Source: Moraxellaceae bacterium
GTDB lineage: Bacteria > Pseudomonadota > Gammaproteobacteria > Pseudomonadales > Moraxellaceae
Assembly (NCBI GenBank): GCA_050739955.1
Contig: JBOICI010000036.1
Coordinates: forward strand, 11,656 to 75,655
Length of the DNA: 64,000 nucleotides
Direction: 5' to 3'
The stretch's first letter is position 1; each line of letters begins with the position of its first letter. A model generated the notes under the pieces. That model saw nothing but the letters and a program-made list of their open reading frames with translations, made no database searches and was not told the DNA's origin. The position numbers and the translations under genes were made by a program. Below, piece after piece: positions 63,285 through 64,000 of the stretch.

Positions 63285-64000
63285 TCAAAGCCAGCCGACC
63301 CGACGCAGACGACGCCACAGCACCACGCAGCCGGTCAGCATCACGCCCAGGGTGAGTGGATAGCCGTAATGCCATTGCAGCTCCGGCATGAAAACGAAGT
63401 TCATACCGTAGAAGCTGGCAATCATGGTGGGCACCGCGAGGATGGCAGCCCAAGAGGCCAGCCGCTTCACCACCTCATTCTGCGCCACCGTGACCATGGC
63501 CATATTCACGTCCATGGCCACCTTCACCATTTCACTTTGAACATTGATCACATCATTGATGCGCAGCACATGGTCGTTAACGTCACGCAGCCAAGGGTAC
63601 ACCGCCTTCGGCATCATTTTCTCGTCCACATGCATGAGATAGCTGCAGACATCCTGCAAGGGCGTCGCCGCCAAACGCATATTCACGAGATCACGTTTGA
63701 GCTCATAGAGATGCCTGATGGTTTTGCGCCGAAACGTCACTCCGAAAATATCGTGCTCGATGCTCTTGAGATAATTACCCAGGTCTTCTGTCACCGGATA
63801 ATAGTTATCAACGACAAAATCCAGAATGGCATAAAGCACCCAAGCCGGGCCCAGCTTCATCATTTTCGGACTTTGCTCGCAGCGCTGACGCACCGGGGCA
63901 TAGCTGAAAGAAGGCCCCTGCCGCACAGTGAGCACATAGCGCGGGCCGACAAAAATATAGGTGTGGCCAAGGCAGATATCGTCGTTTTCCAGACGCGCCG
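63285..64000 (-). CDS. corA: magnesium/cobalt transporter CorA, C-terminal part (5' end outside the window)
   Basis: YGMNF signature followed by two TM helices and a basic C-terminus. The frame stays open upstream of the tracked GTG through base 64000 (..ARLENDDICLGHTYIFVGPRYVLTVRQG). Confidence 0.85.
   Translation of the reverse strand, partial: ARLENDDICLGHTYIFVGPRYVLTVRQGPSFSYAPVRQRCEQSPKMMKLGPAWVLYAILDFVVDNYYPVTEDLGNYLKSIEHDIFGVTFRRKTIRHLYELKRDLVNMRLAATPLQDVCSYLMHVDEKMMPKAVYPWLRDVNDHVLRINDVINVQSEMVKVAMDVNMAMVTVAQNEVVKRLASWAAILAVPTMIASFYGMNFVFMPELQWHYGYPLTLGVMLTGCVVLWRRLRRVGWL

Noticed and set aside
1-64000. Whole-window scan for CRISPR arrays, IS elements or transposases, integrases, prophage genes, toxin-antitoxin pairs and known defence operons.
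   Set aside because: None was found. The only tandem repeats are three 20-nt units and about three 13-nt units with no spacers. No translated ORF shows DDE/HUH transposase, tyrosine or serine recombinase, capsid, terminase or Cas motifs.

Overview
This is a 64-kb chromosomal segment from a moderately GC-rich proteobacterium. The gene content (pdxB, tusA, tesB, an HptB/HsbR/HsbA-type module, REP-like palindromes) suggests a gammaproteobacterium, but that cannot be confirmed without a database search. I can support about 60 protein-coding genes, one tRNA-Val(CAC), a dozen hairpin terminators and several intergenic repeat families. I found no rRNA, CRISPR array, IS/transposase, integrase or phage genes. 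Most of the window is housekeeping or lipid/acyl-CoA metabolism: proS 3' end, DEAD-box helicase, pdxB, norM, tusA, purU, an acyl-CoA dehydrogenase, a thiolase plus multifunctional beta-oxidation enzyme, tesB, a desaturase and the corA 3' end. The rest is signalling: GGDEF, a PAS-rich hybrid kinase, H-NOX, two class III cyclase-type proteins, FNR, and two patatin lipases, one with a cNMP-binding domain. The best candidate for an under-described system is a translationally coupled nine-gene cluster at 7241-16732. It encodes two small secreted proteins, three TPR/coiled-coil envelope proteins (two with lipoboxes), and an ExbB/ExbD/ExbD/TonB-like motor. It has no TonB-dependent receptor or Tol-Pal partner nearby, and its architecture recalls the core of the Myxococcus Agl-Glt machinery. 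Other points of interest:
- an HptB/HsbR/HsbA-like partner-switching operon (56153-58889)
- a repeat- and hairpin-dense 2.1-kb gap (44173-46340) that holds a visibly AT-rich orphan lipoprotein gene
- a ~280-bp repeat present twice (44425-44700 and 52011-52291)
- a frameshifted glutathione peroxidase
- an orphan H-NOX gene
- a stand-alone mini cyclase-homology protein
- a DEAD-box helicase with a long GDRP-repeat tail

All functional calls come from reading motifs in the supplied translations. No searches were run.
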